Of a DNA stretch of 40,150 nt, positions 12,148 to 23,123 are shown one piece after another. The stretch comes from Vezdaea acicularis (taxonomy: Eukaryota): NCBI GenBank assembly GCA_026025075.1, contig JAPEUI010000135.1:1-40150 (forward strand). Direction: 5' to 3'. The translations under genes and the position numbers were made by a program. Positions within the stretch are counted from its first letter, which is position 1; every line of letters begins with the position of its first letter. The notes below the pieces were generated by a model. That model was not told the origin of the DNA and ran no database searches. It saw only the letters and a program-made list of their open reading frames with translations.

Positions 12148-15100
12148 ATGGCGGAATCTACAAACGAAACTACTCCCACCGAGCCTCAACATCTAACTAC
12201 GACGGTGAATGAGCAGCTACAATCCGCGCCTTCGAGCTCGACCCTCCTTCCCAGCCCTGTCGCCTCGCTCATCAGCCTCGTAACGACTTCTTCCTCGGTC
12301 TACCTGCGCGTTGGAACCTTCATAGGGGCCTTGGCTATTGATGGGGCAAGAATTGGCACTCTGACTGGGCTCGAGCTTGGGCGGGCTGTGGTCGAGCAAA
12401 TTCTACTCAAGGCCGGGGGAGATGTTGTAGGGAGGAGTTCTGGGGAGGTAGGACGGAGGGAGGCAGAGGGAGTGCTGGAGAGGAGCATCTCAATGTTGCA
12501 CTCAACTCTTACGCATGCATCATTCCTTGCATCCACAGGTTTTCATATTGGATCTGCAGCTCTAGAGTCTACCTCCATGCTATCACAACACTTGCTTTCT
12601 GCGTTGGACGCCATACTAGGCTCGACGGAGTCATCCAGAGCTATTGCCGCTATCGTCACTCTGATCAGGAGGGAGTTCAAGAACCCGGAGACAGGAGATA
12701 GGGGGGAGCGAGTGGGTGTCATGGACCTGTTGGTTGGGATGTGCGGACTCGCCTTGCTCCAACAATGGGCCTACCGACGTGTCGAGCTTGACGCACGGGA
12801 GAAAGGGGCGGAGGAAGCAGTCTGGGATGTTGTAATACTTAATGATGGAACAAGGGCAGATGTTGTCGAAGTAAGAAGGGATGAGACTCCGAATGACAAG
12901 CGTATAGAGCCATCTAGGTCCGATAATGCGCATAGTACTCCAAGAAAGACACAGAGGCCTTCCTCTTTTATATCCACCCAAGGTTCGCCAGACGTGTTTG
13001 AGGTGGTGAAGAGGGGGGATTTGACCTTGGCGGGGGGAGGACAGGACATGGAAACGACGTGGTCAGAAGCCGAGCTGCGACATCGAATTATGGAGCAGCT
13101 ACCACCGAGTGCAGACATCTCAATCACTACGGAAACTGTGATGACGAAGACCATCACAGTGGAGATCACGGGTGCGGATCCGCCTGAGATCTTACCGCCG
13201 CCAGGACTTACAATTCTTGAAGAGAATGCCCATCACCATACCCTTGACGAAGACAATCATACTGCCGAAGGATTCCCGAGGTATCGGGTCGTATTCCAGA
13301 GCACCAATAATCAAGCCGAAGAACACGCACCTCGCCGTAAAGAGGGTAACTCCCTGCCTTCGACCGGGCTCCAAAGCCCCGAACATACAACCTCATCAGA
13401 TTTGACACCACTTGCTTCTTCTCCAGTTGTTTCCCAATTTCAAGTGTCCCCTATAACATCTCCAGACTTGGACGAGCTTCCTGACGCGCACCTTGCCGAG
13501 TCTTCGGACGAGGCGGAGACAACGCCCGAGCGAGTACACTCGATGATACCAAGAATGCAGACACCACCACCAATGATTCCAGCTGCAAATCAGAAGAAGC
13601 AGAGGCAACCGCCGTCGTTGCTCCCACCAATGGCCTCTACAGCAGATATGCCAAGCCAATCGAGTCGAAAGAGACCTCCTCCAAAGATTACTCAGTATAA
13701 CAGCTCCGGATCTGAAAAGGCCGAGAAGAAGGGCTCGCTGCGGCGTGCTTTCAAGAAGGGCGCAGCGTCTGGTACAAATTTAGCCAACCTCTGGAATAAG
13801 GAGAATGCGCACACGCAGCAGCCTCCCAAATCGAAGTCACAAAGGCCGCCGTGGGGTTCTAATAAGGCAACAACAGGGAAAAGCAATTCCTACTTGCCGG
13901 TGCCGGCGCGTGGATCCAACGTCATTACCAACAAAGATCTTCCGCAGGCTCCTCAAAGAGGCAATCCCAATTACTTTTCGTCTAAAGATCTTGGCACAAT
14001 GGAAATCCCTCGCAGTTCATCAAGAGCTAGCTTTTACTCCATCCATGAGAGAAAGACATCTACGACGGATACCTATTCCCTCCACTCTGTAGAACAAAAT
14101 CGGCCTAGATCTCCAATTGAAGCTCGCTCGAAACTGAGGGCTAATCCTCTCACCAGAACCAAGCCAGACCTTGATATTACGGATGATTCAGCTCACTTTC
14201 AAATGCTAAAGAAACATGGCCGATCGAAATCTGCGGTCCCAAGTATCTATACACTTCGCACAAACAACTCAGAGACATCGCTCGTACTAGCACAGCCCCT
14301 TGTGAAGAGCGCGCTCGAGGATCCCATGGCCGTCATGACCCTCAATCGGACAGGTGTTGTCACAGGAATATTTCCTAGGGCACATTTTGTTCACAACATT
14401 ACTCGATTTGTCCGTTTCTCATCAGCTTCGTATGGCTCTAGTTTCCTAAAGGTGATGGGCATCGCCGCGAAAGAGCACCAGCAAAATATTCGCAGGGAGA
14501 TTATCCACCATCAGGAGCATCATTCCTTCTCGAAGCATACAGGGTTGCCGCCCTCCGCAATATTGCTCTCATCTTTCATTGACCCGCAAGGCGGGACCAA
14601 TGCCGCCGGGGAAACTGATACTGGTGTACCGCTGATCCATTTCGTAGCCTTGGATCATCAATCAAAAGCAGTTGTGCTGACCTGCAGAGGGACATTGGGC
14701 TTTGAAGACGTCTTGACGGACCTTACCTGCGACTACGATGATCTTGTCTGGCGCGGAAAGACCTACAAAGTCCACAAAGGTATGCATGCCTCGGCCCGCA
14801 GACTACTCGAGGGTTCCGGCGGAAAACTCATGGCAACGATCCGAGCTGCTCTCGAAGAATATCCCGACTACGGACTCGTTATGTGCGGCCACTCCCTTGG
14901 CGGCGGTGTCACTTCCATCCTCGCTCTCTTGATATCCGAGCCATCTTTCGACAATCCCTCAAACCCTACCTTCATCACCGTCACATCTTCTCCGAAAACG
15001 CCTTTCCTTCTGACCTCCGGTCAAACTGGCTCGGTGCCGCCCACACCGATCGGGCTCCCCTCGGGCCGCCCCATCCACGTCTACGCTTACGGTCCACCCG

Positions 15101-15657
15101 CCACCATCTCCCCTTCTCTCCGGCGCGCCTCCCGTGGCCTGATTACCACCGTCATCAACGGCCAAGACCTCGTCCCTTTCCTCTCCCTCGGCGTCATACG
15201 CGATCTACAAGCCATCGCCCTCGCCTTCAAGACCGATACGTCTGGCGCCAAGAAAGAGGTCCGCAAGCGCATATGGGACGGGCTGACGAGCGGTCTCGGC
15301 AGCTCCCGCTCGACCCCCACCGGCGGCATCATTAACGAGGAAGAAGACTTCTGGGCCTACGCCGCGCTCAAAAACTTGCGTGCCAGCATGCTCGCCCCTA
15401 AGCTGATGCCTCCCGGCGAGGTCTTTGTCGTTGAGACCATGCCTGTTTTACAACGGGATGCGTTTACCACAGGCGAGAACAGCGAGCTGGGCGGTGCGAA
15501 GCTGGGCAGGCCGGCGACGAGGGTTGTGCTCAAGTATGTGAGAGATGTAGAGGGGCGGTTTGGGGAGGTTAGGTTTGGTGCTAGTATGCTGGGCGATCAT
15601 AGTCCCGGTAGGTATGAGCTTGGGCTTGCGGCGCTGGCGAGGGGAGTTTTGGACTAG
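12148..15657 (+). CDS. Class 3 lipase family protein (diacylglycerol-lipase-like), 1169 aa, single exon
   Basis: Uninterrupted ORF. The C-terminal Lipase_3 domain has VVLTCRGT..EDVLTD, VHKGM, nucleophile elbow GHSLGGG, YAYGPP, NGQDLVP and DHSPGRY. The middle region is long and low-complexity. Confidence 0.92.
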   Translation: MAESTNETTPTEPQHLTTTVNEQLQSAPSSSTLLPSPVASLISLVTTSSSVYLRVGTFIGALAIDGARIGTLTGLELGRAVVEQILLKAGGDVVGRSSGEVGRREAEGVLERSISMLHSTLTHASFLASTGFHIGSAALESTSMLSQHLLSALDAILGSTESSRAIAAIVTLIRREFKNPETGDRGERVGVMDLLVGMCGLALLQQWAYRRVELDAREKGAEEAVWDVVILNDGTRADVVEVRRDETPNDKRIEPSRSDNAHSTPRKTQRPSSFISTQGSPDVFEVVKRGDLTLAGGGQDMETTWSEAELRHRIMEQLPPSADISITTETVMTKTITVEITGADPPEILPPPGLTILEENAHHHTLDEDNHTAEGFPRYRVVFQSTNNQAEEHAPRRKEGNSLPSTGLQSPEHTTSSDLTPLASSPVVSQFQVSPITSPDLDELPDAHLAESSDEAETTPERVHSMIPRMQTPPPMIPAANQKKQRQPPSLLPPMASTADMPSQSSRKRPPPKITQYNSSGSEKAEKKGSLRRAFKKGAASGTNLANLWNKENAHTQQPPKSKSQRPPWGSNKATTGKSNSYLPVPARGSNVITNKDLPQAPQRGNPNYFSSKDLGTMEIPRSSSRASFYSIHERKTSTTDTYSLHSVEQNRPRSPIEARSKLRANPLTRTKPDLDITDDSAHFQMLKKHGRSKSAVPSIYTLRTNNSETSLVLAQPLVKSALEDPMAVMTLNRTGVVTGIFPRAHFVHNITRFVRFSSASYGSSFLKVMGIAAKEHQQNIRREIIHHQEHHSFSKHTGLPPSAILLSSFIDPQGGTNAAGETDTGVPLIHFVALDHQSKAVVLTCRGTLGFEDVLTDLTCDYDDLVWRGKTYKVHKGMHASARRLLEGSGGKLMATIRAALEEYPDYGLVMCGHSLGGGVTSILALLISEPSFDNPSNPTFITVTSSPKTPFLLTSGQTGSVPPTPIGLPSGRPIHVYAYGPPATISPSLRRASRGLITTVINGQDLVPFLSLGVIRDLQAIALAFKTDTSGAKKEVRKRIWDGLTSGLGSSRSTPTGGIINEEEDFWAYAALKNLRASMLAPKLMPPGEVFVVETMPVLQRDAFTTGENSELGGAKLGRPATRVVLKYVRDVEGRFGEVRFGASMLGDHSPGRYELGLAALARGVLD

Positions 15658-16035
15658 GGAGGTCTGGGTTCTAGGGTATGGGTCATAAGGGAAGGTATAA
15701 GGGACGGTGTTGGGGTAGTTGTTTGTTGTTTGCGAGGTATGGTCTATGAGGCCCATGGACCATTTGAATATTCATCGCATGGCGTGGCTTGGCATTGGTA
15801 CGTAGCATAGCATAGCGATACGTCCCTCGCGATGCAGGCAGAAGACTATCACTAAAATGTAAGTTTTGGGTTGTGGTTTCGATATACCAATGTGGTTTGA
15901 AGTCTTTGAATAGCGCCCTTCGCCTGTGATTGGCTACCGTAGCTAGAGTTTCTTTTCATGCACCCACCGCTCGCACGGCGTAACCCGAGTCAATTCTCCG
16001 CAAACCAGTTGTCTTGGGAGAGACAGAGCATCAGA

Positions 16036-18590
16036 ATGAAGTCGCTGCGACTTCAATGCTGCGCTCAAGTAGCATGGAAGGTAACAGAAATTTCATTCCC
16101 CAGTCTTGCCCCCCAATTTAACTCATCGGAGGATCTTTGAATTTCGCGTTAATCAAATTTATGGAAAGCAGACGAGACCAACACTTCGACCTCACCGCCG
16201 CTCTCTTGCGAGTGTCGCCTCGACGACACAGTCACAACCTGAGTTATCTTCTCGCACACCCCCTTACCCGAAGCTGCTGAGGAAGTTGAATGAAGTGAGG
16301 CGGATCCTGGGAGCTTCACATCGACTCACTCTTGCGGAAAAGATCCTCTACTCTCACCTCGACAACCCTGAGGAGTCTCTCCTCACCAATACGCAGGATG
16401 GCTCCAATATCCGGGGTTCTGCGACCCTTAAGCTCAAGCCGGATAGGGTGGCTATGCAGGATGCGTCGGCCCAGATGGCGTTGTTACAATTCATGACCTG
16501 CCAACTGCCTTCGACGGCTGTACCGGCTAGTATACATTGTGATCATATGATCGTCGGGCAGAGGGGCGCAGACACCGATCTTCCCGCTTCTATCAAAGGC
16601 AATAAAGAGGTGTTTGACTTCCTCGAGTCAGCGGCGAAGAAGTACGGTATTGAGTTTTGGCCGCCCGGCGCTGGCATCATCCATCAGACCGTACTGGAGA
16701 ACTATGCAGCACCAGGGCTCATGATGCTGGGTACAGACAGCCACACGCCAAATGCTGGTGGTCTGGCTGCGATTGCAATTGGTGTTGGTGGAGCGGATGC
16801 GGTCGATGCGCTTGTAGATGCGCCGTGGGAGTTGAAGGCCCCAAAAGTGCTTGGCGTCAAGTTAGAAGGCGCTCTGAGCGGCTGGGCCGCCCCGAAGGAT
16901 GTCATTTTGAAGCTCGCTGGTGAATTGACGGTGCGAGGAGGAACTGGCTTCATCATCGAGTATTATGGCGAAGGCATCGAAACGCTTAGCTGTACCGGAA
17001 TGGCGACCATTTGTAATATGGGAGCGTGAGTATTTCCTGCTCAACCGAGCTCTATGTGTAGACTGACTGTTTTACAGAGAGGTTGGTGCAACGACTTCCC
17101 TTTTCCCATTCTCACAGCGTATGATACCCTATCTTGAGTCCACACATCGAGCTTCGATAGCTCTTGCCGCATCCACGATCGCTTCATCACCCGGTCCCCA
17201 CAACCTTCTCAAGGCTGATGAAGGTGCCGAGTACGACTCGCATATTACCATTGACCTCTCCACGCTCGAGCCACATATCAACGGGCCTTTTACGCCCGAC
17301 TTGTCGACGCCGTTATCTCGATTCGCGGAAGTCGTTAAAGAGAACCAATGGCCCGAGAGATTTGGTGCCGGCCTGATTGGAAGCTGTACCAATAGCTCCT
17401 ACCAAGATATGACGCGCGCCGAAGACCTAGTCAAACAGGCTTCTGCTGCTGGTCTGAAACCAAAAGCTGATTTCTTTGTCACTCCCGGCAGCGAACAGAT
17501 TCGGGCTACTCTCGAGCGAGATGAGACCCTGGAGACTTTCTCATCAGCTGGTGGAATCGTTCTTGCAAATGCCTGCGGCCCTTGTATTGGGCAATGGAAG
17601 AGAACAGATGGTGTAGAACGTGGCGACAGCAACGCTATTCTATCATCTTATAATCGCAATTTCCGTGGGCGGAATGATGGTAATCCAGAAACAATGAATT
17701 TTCTAGCCTCGCCTGAAATAGTTACAGCAATGTCGTACGCAGGCTCGACGACCTTTAACCCCCTGACTGATACTATCACAACCCCTTCCGGATCCCCTTT
17801 CCAATTTTCGGCTCCCCGTGGGTCCGAACTACCTTCCCTGGGTTTTGCGGAAGGCGATCCACGCTTTCTACCTAGTACAGGCTCTCCAGACCCGAACGTC
17901 TCTGTCAACATCGACCCAAACTCGGACCGCCTGGCTCTTCTCGAACCCTTTGCCCCGTTCCCAGATGGTGACCTCCAAAGCCTTAGAGTCCTCTATAAAG
18001 TCAAAGGGAAATGCACGACCGATACCATATCTGCTGCTGGCCCTTGGCTAAAGTACAAAGGACATCTCCCCAATATAAGTGAGAACACGCTGATCGGTGC
18101 TATGAACGCTGCTACGGATGAAATAAACGTCGCCTACGATACGGACGGCTCTACGACTTCGATCCCGGAACTCGCAGCTAGGTGGAGAGACCAAGGGGTT
18201 GAATGGCTTGTTGTTGCCGAGCATAACTATGGTGAAGGTAGCGCACGAGAGCATGCCGCCCTCCAGCCACGCTACTTAGGTGGACGGATCATCTTGGCCA
18301 AGAGCTTTGCACGAATCCATGAGACTAATCTGAAGAAGCAAGGTGTCGTACCGCTGTGTTTTGTTGATGAAGGGGACTATGACAAGATCGACGCTTGTGA
18401 TGAGCTTACTACCGTAGGGCTTCATGACATGCTGAAAGCTGGCGGGAAAGGAGTAGTGAAAATAGCCGTAAAGAAAAAGGATGGGAGTAAGCTGGAGGTT
18501 GTCACTAAGCACACCCTAAGTCAAGATCAGTGTGGCTTCATCCTCGCGGGGAGCGCCCTGAATTTACTTGCCAAGCGCAAAAGCTCGTAG
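16036..18590 (+). CDS. ACO2: Mitochondrial aconitase-family protein, Aco2/AcoB (homocitrate dehydratase-like) subtype, ~803 aa; exons 16036-16080, 16172-17025, 17078-18590
   Basis: Motifs [46 protein letters not shown] and [17 protein letters not shown] and KYKGHL are Aco2-type variants. Introns are 16081-16171 (donor could alternatively be 16069) and 17026-17077, which restores NMGAEVGATTS. The N-terminus is Arg/Ser-rich, like a mitochondrial presequence. Confidence 0.92.
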
Positions 18591-19378
18591 ATCAATACAG
18601 AGGCGTGGTAAGCTGCTCTCTTATCTGCTCAGCAACCAAATGACTTGTCATCGTATTGCAAGATTTCGGGATCTCTTGCTATTCTCTTTGTTCCATATGT
18701 GGTCTTCCCTCGTATAGCCTAGCGCCTCTGCTGAAAGCATGAAGTAACAATGGGCACTTTCCGGACGGTTTTGCTCACCAGTGGTACCCACAAAGGCCTG
18801 CCAGGATTCCAATTTCTATGGCCATCAAAGTCTACCCCTTCGATTGAGCCACAAAGGGACCATCTACCTGCTCTGCACGCCTAGCTATGACGCCACGCAT
18901 TCTCGCTTGAGCAAGGCTGAGCACAAACAAGCGGGAAGTGTTCTCAGGGGCTTACCCTACTCCTACGGCACGCACGGCACACAAACGACAGAAAGACTTG
19001 AGAAGGCCGAGCACGTGTACACTGCCACATATGTGTTATTTTCGGGTGTAATCTCCCACTTTCTTTCATATAGTCACAACGGTCGGAGAGGATCATTGCT
19101 TCAGTTGCAACCACAACTCTTTTTCCTATGTAAAGCAGCTTGAACGCAACTCTTTTCCTCAGCCCTTGTAGCCGCGTTGGCCTTCAAGTCCATCTCGTCT
19201 TTTGTATCGGAGGACATAGCTTTTCCGTCGATTCGAAGCCAGCTTCGATAAGGGCCAAGCGAAAGATTCCCGCACGTCAACAAAGCAGATTCTGCTCGCA
19301 CTTTTGCACCTTGTCTCCTGTACACAGCGTCAAAGAACACGACAAAAGAGGCATCGGATAAAGACTCTATCGCGTCTC

Positions 19379-22300
19379 ATGATGGATTCTCTAGCCATGG
19401 AAACAAAGGAAGAGGAAAAGATGAGAATTATGCGCGCAATTATGGAGGTAAGGACATCATTGATGTTATGACCTCAGTGGTCTGAATCACTGTTCAACAT
19501 TAGCCACTTCACTACCTTCAACGATTCGCTAGAAGCATCTAGCTCTGTTCTTCCAATAAGATGATGTATCTTAGAATCCTTATACTTAAGATCAAGCTCA
19601 TTGATCTTGTTTTTTCTTTCCCGTTTTTGATCGTCCACATTTTCAAAATTCCTAGCCCACTCCTTTACGCCCAATGATACTCCAACGTGCCATTGTGTAG
19701 AAAAAACCTCTCACTGTCCCCCTACTCTCATCATTCGTGACGCATATCGCCAGATCGTCTTGCGGGAAGTGACTTATCGTTTTTCAGGATGACCTAGGTA
19801 TAAATCGACGTGCAAACCTAGTCTTGGAGGGTGACGACAACCGGCGAGATGTAGATCTGAAAAAGCTCGATAGTTCCAGGAAAGCCAATGACCCTAGATC
19901 AGAAGAGGGAAGATTAGCTAAAAAGAATGAGGCTGGTATCAACGCGTGGACGAGTTAGTATCACCCACCTTGAAAAGGGTCAGCTTGAAGATTGACAGAC
20001 CAGTAGATTTTCACTTAACCCAGGACGATGCCGAGAGAGATAAGGAAGCAGAGGCAATGCCCCTAGAAAGTGACATGGGATTTGGCCAGTCCTATAGAAC
20101 ACAAATGCAGGAAAACCTGCGTGTCCGCATGGAGTATGAAAAACGCAAGTCAGGCTCGTCTCGCGGTGGAAGTAGTAGGAGAGGTGGTCGTGGCGGCGTT
20201 GCCATCGTACGCCAGGCAGCCAGGACAACTCCCTATTCTAGGTATGCCATCAGATATTCCTGTAAAATATGGTCATGATGGGCTTGAATAACTTGTATAA
20301 CAGATCTGAAGAAAGGGAGAATCATCAGGCAACTTCTTCAAGTTCTCACCGTGGTGATGATGTGTTCAATGACTTCACCACTCCTATGAACGACCTTTGT
20401 CTTGGCTCATCAGGACTCTCAAAGGAGAGGATATCCACTTCTGGTTCCCGCTCGGGTGATGAGAAACCTACAAAGTTCAACCCCTGGGCCTTTGGTATAC
20501 GTCCTGTTTCTGAGATGTATTTTGACAGTCGATCCCCTCGCCCTAGTGGTCCAAGGACAACCCCCTTTATAGGCCAGAATCAGAATCCTGTCCAGATAGA
20601 TGGCCATATACCGTTCATACTGCCTCCTCGACCTGGCGGCCCAAAGAAAGTCTCCACCGTAGGCCTGATAAAAGCTCACATCCAGAAAAATGACTACCCC
20701 TCATTCAATATGCCTCCTCGGCCCGGCGGTCCAAAGACAAACTCCGTTGTAGGCCAGAAAAAGGCTCCTGTCCAAATAGATGGCCATATACCGTTCATAA
20801 TGCCTCCTCGACCTGGCGGCCCTAAGAAATTCTCCACAATAGGCCAGAACCATAGTCAGGGGGTTGAAGAGAGAAAGGATCCTGATGTCAAGAGCAACCC
20901 TAAGGAAACAAGAAGCCATCTCGACCTCGCCCAGTCCTGGGACCGTGGACAAGACCCTCGAGATAAGCCAGCCTCTCGTAGCATTTACCATGATGAGGAG
21001 GCAGCTCATGGCAATAACGTTGAGGCTGAGATCCGATCGACCAGTCGCAAGGGAGAAAATTCTTCTAGAACTTCTTCTTCCTCTGATCGTATTGGTAAGG
21101 TTGATGCGACACCATCACGTCATCATTGGCCCATGAGTACAGACCCGTAAGTCATTATCTTTCCTATGTTGGCTCAACGTGCTTACTCTCCTAGGGCTTT
21201 CTTAGCTAGGCTCGACGATACGACTGCATGGGAAGCAAATGCAACGCAAAACTTGAAAGTGTTCGGAGCGAGCTACGTACAAGCTACTGCTACTCCGCAA
21301 GTCTTTACTGGCCTTCCGCCTTCCGTGTCCGCCATCATTGCTGGTGACCAAAGCCGCGTCTATGACATTGAGTTCTTACTTCACCTGAAGAGTGAAGTAG
21401 AAAGATCTAAAGGATCGAAAGAGAAAGACAGCTCTGCTCTGAGCCCTGTCGGCATGTTGATTGACTTGAAAGAAGAAACGAAAGGAGTCGGCTGGTTGAT
21501 TGACTTGACAGATGAAAAAGAAGTTGGCCTGTTGATTGACATGACAGAAGAAAACAAAAATGTCGGCTTGTTGACTGACTTCACAGAAGAAAGAAACAAA
21601 GTCGGCGTGTTGATTGACTTGACGGAGGAGAAAGAAGTACCAAAGACTTCACCAAATATTGACGCGTCCGCTCTCTATTCCGAATTAGCCGAGATTTTCG
21701 CCCTTCAAGCGGAAGAGGACGCAAAACTCAAACTGAAGCTACCCCCGAGTGAGGACGCCACAGTTGAGGCTTCCACTATTCAATCTCAACCTGGTCCTGA
21801 CAATATGGATCCCGACAACATGGAAGACGAATTCATTGAAGACGTGCATAAGCTCTTCACGGAAAAGTCTCGATACAGAAAACGACTCAATTCCTTTGAG
21901 GAGCTATGGGCCAGGTATCCCGACGCGGTAACCAAATACGACCTCGAATGTGAACTGTCAAGAGAAATAGGATGGCTGAACGGAATCTTGCAGCAGGTCA
22001 GAATTAACAGATTTGCTACGACAGACGAGAACAACTATATTGTCGAAAGGTCTGAATTCTTGAGGGTTGCCGGCAGACACATCAGGTCCGATACTGAAAT
22101 GCGAGAGTTCCTGTTAAAGCCCAAAAGCCCTCCCGCCAAACCCATCAACAAGGCAGACGAAGTTAGTCCTGAGTTGAGGTATTTCCTTAAACACGGACTC
22201 ACAACTTGGCCTCCTGAGGGTCCCGAGTTTGAGGCTTACATGGCTGCTGTAAGACTTGAGGCTCAACAGAAATCTGCTGGAGAAACGGGCGCAGCTAAGA

Positions 22301-22880
22301 CAGACATTGAGAAGGGTAAGCCGATCCCGCAGAGTCGAGTCGGGAGCACTGTTCAAACTGTTACCCCTCTAGACAAGGACGTTCAAGTTCCGGCGAATCT
22401 GGAGCATCAAGTTGATCCACCTAATGCAGCAACTGCAGGTGAGGCACGGGCTTCGTCATCCGAATCTTCCGTTCAGTAAGTTTATCTCACTGTTCTCTTC
22501 ATCTCACTGTTCTCTTCGTCTCACTGTTCTCTTCACCCCACTGTTCTCTTCACCCCACTGTTCTCTTCGTCTCACTGTTCTCTTCACCTCACTGTCCTCT
22601 TCACCTCACTATTCTTGGTGGCCTAACTAATGAAACCCTTAGACCTAATCAAGTTCAACAAGCTGGAAACGTGGTGCCCACGAGTGTTTCCACCGAGCAG
22701 GAGTATGTGAGCCCGGTGGCGCAACTTCTTCGTATGGCAAAGATGGAAGATGCTCAGAAAGCGGATACTTCAATCACGGGTGAAGATGACGCAGTCGCAG
22801 CGGGGAAGGGAGAGCCAACGGTTAGACCGAACTCCGAGAAGAATTTGAGCTTGATCGCAGAGCTGCTCAGGCAGAAATAG
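19379..22880 (+). CDS. Hypothetical, largely low-complexity protein, ~943 aa; exons 19379-19447, 19788-19953, 20007-20241, 20304-21146, 21195-22475, 22643-22880
   Basis: Five GT-AG introns (donors GTAAGG, GTTAGT, GTATGC, GTAAGT, GTAAGT) join ORFs 19946, 20269, 21166 and 22671 into one frame. The total of 2832 nt is divisible by 3. Exon 1 and intron 1 are the least certain parts. Confidence 0.75.
20535..20850 (+). repeat. Coding 90-nt (30-aa) tandem repeat, ~3.5 copies, encoding PPRPGGPK units
   Basis: Units begin AGGCC at 20571, 20661, 20751 and 20841. Units 1 and 3 are nearly identical (PVQIDGHIPF.(L/M)PPRPGGPKK). Confidence 0.92.
21448..21636 (+). repeat. Coding 36-39-nt tandem repeat x5 encoding VGxL(I/T)D(L/M/F)xEE
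   Basis: gtyggc-nnn-ttga(t/c)tgac recurs five times: VGMLIDLKEE, VGWLIDLTDE, VGLLIDMTEE, VGLLTDFTEE, VGVLIDLTEE. Confidence 0.92.
22484..22616. repeat. Intronic 17-bp minisatellite x ~8 (consensus RYCYCACTGTTCTCTTC)
   Basis: Units start at 22484, 22501, 22518, 22535, 22552, 22569, 22586 and 22603, inside intron 22476-22642. Confidence 0.95.
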
Positions 22881-23123
22881 GGCACTGGGTCTCACTTCAC
22901 ATGTTCTGGAAATGCTTTGGCCGACTTTTTCTTGAAGGAGGATGCTATATGCATTGGAATCAAGCTCAACCCTTTGTTTCTGAACTAGGTAGATGATACG
23001 GCTTCCCGCCACTACAGTATTACTCTGGATGTCTCCATCTGGAAATACAACACACTCGTTTAAACCCGACTAATCTATGAGGCCACCAAAGATCCAAGCT
23101 CAGCATGAATCCCCGCTATGCAT

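Noticed and set aside
8146..18512. Short antisense and alternate-frame ORFs inside the RasGEF, lipase and aconitase genes
   Set aside because: They are shadows of codon bias in the real CDSs.
22484..22616. Regularly repeated units resembling a CRISPR array
   Set aside because: Head-to-tail repeats with no unique spacers, inside a eukaryotic intron, and no cas genes.
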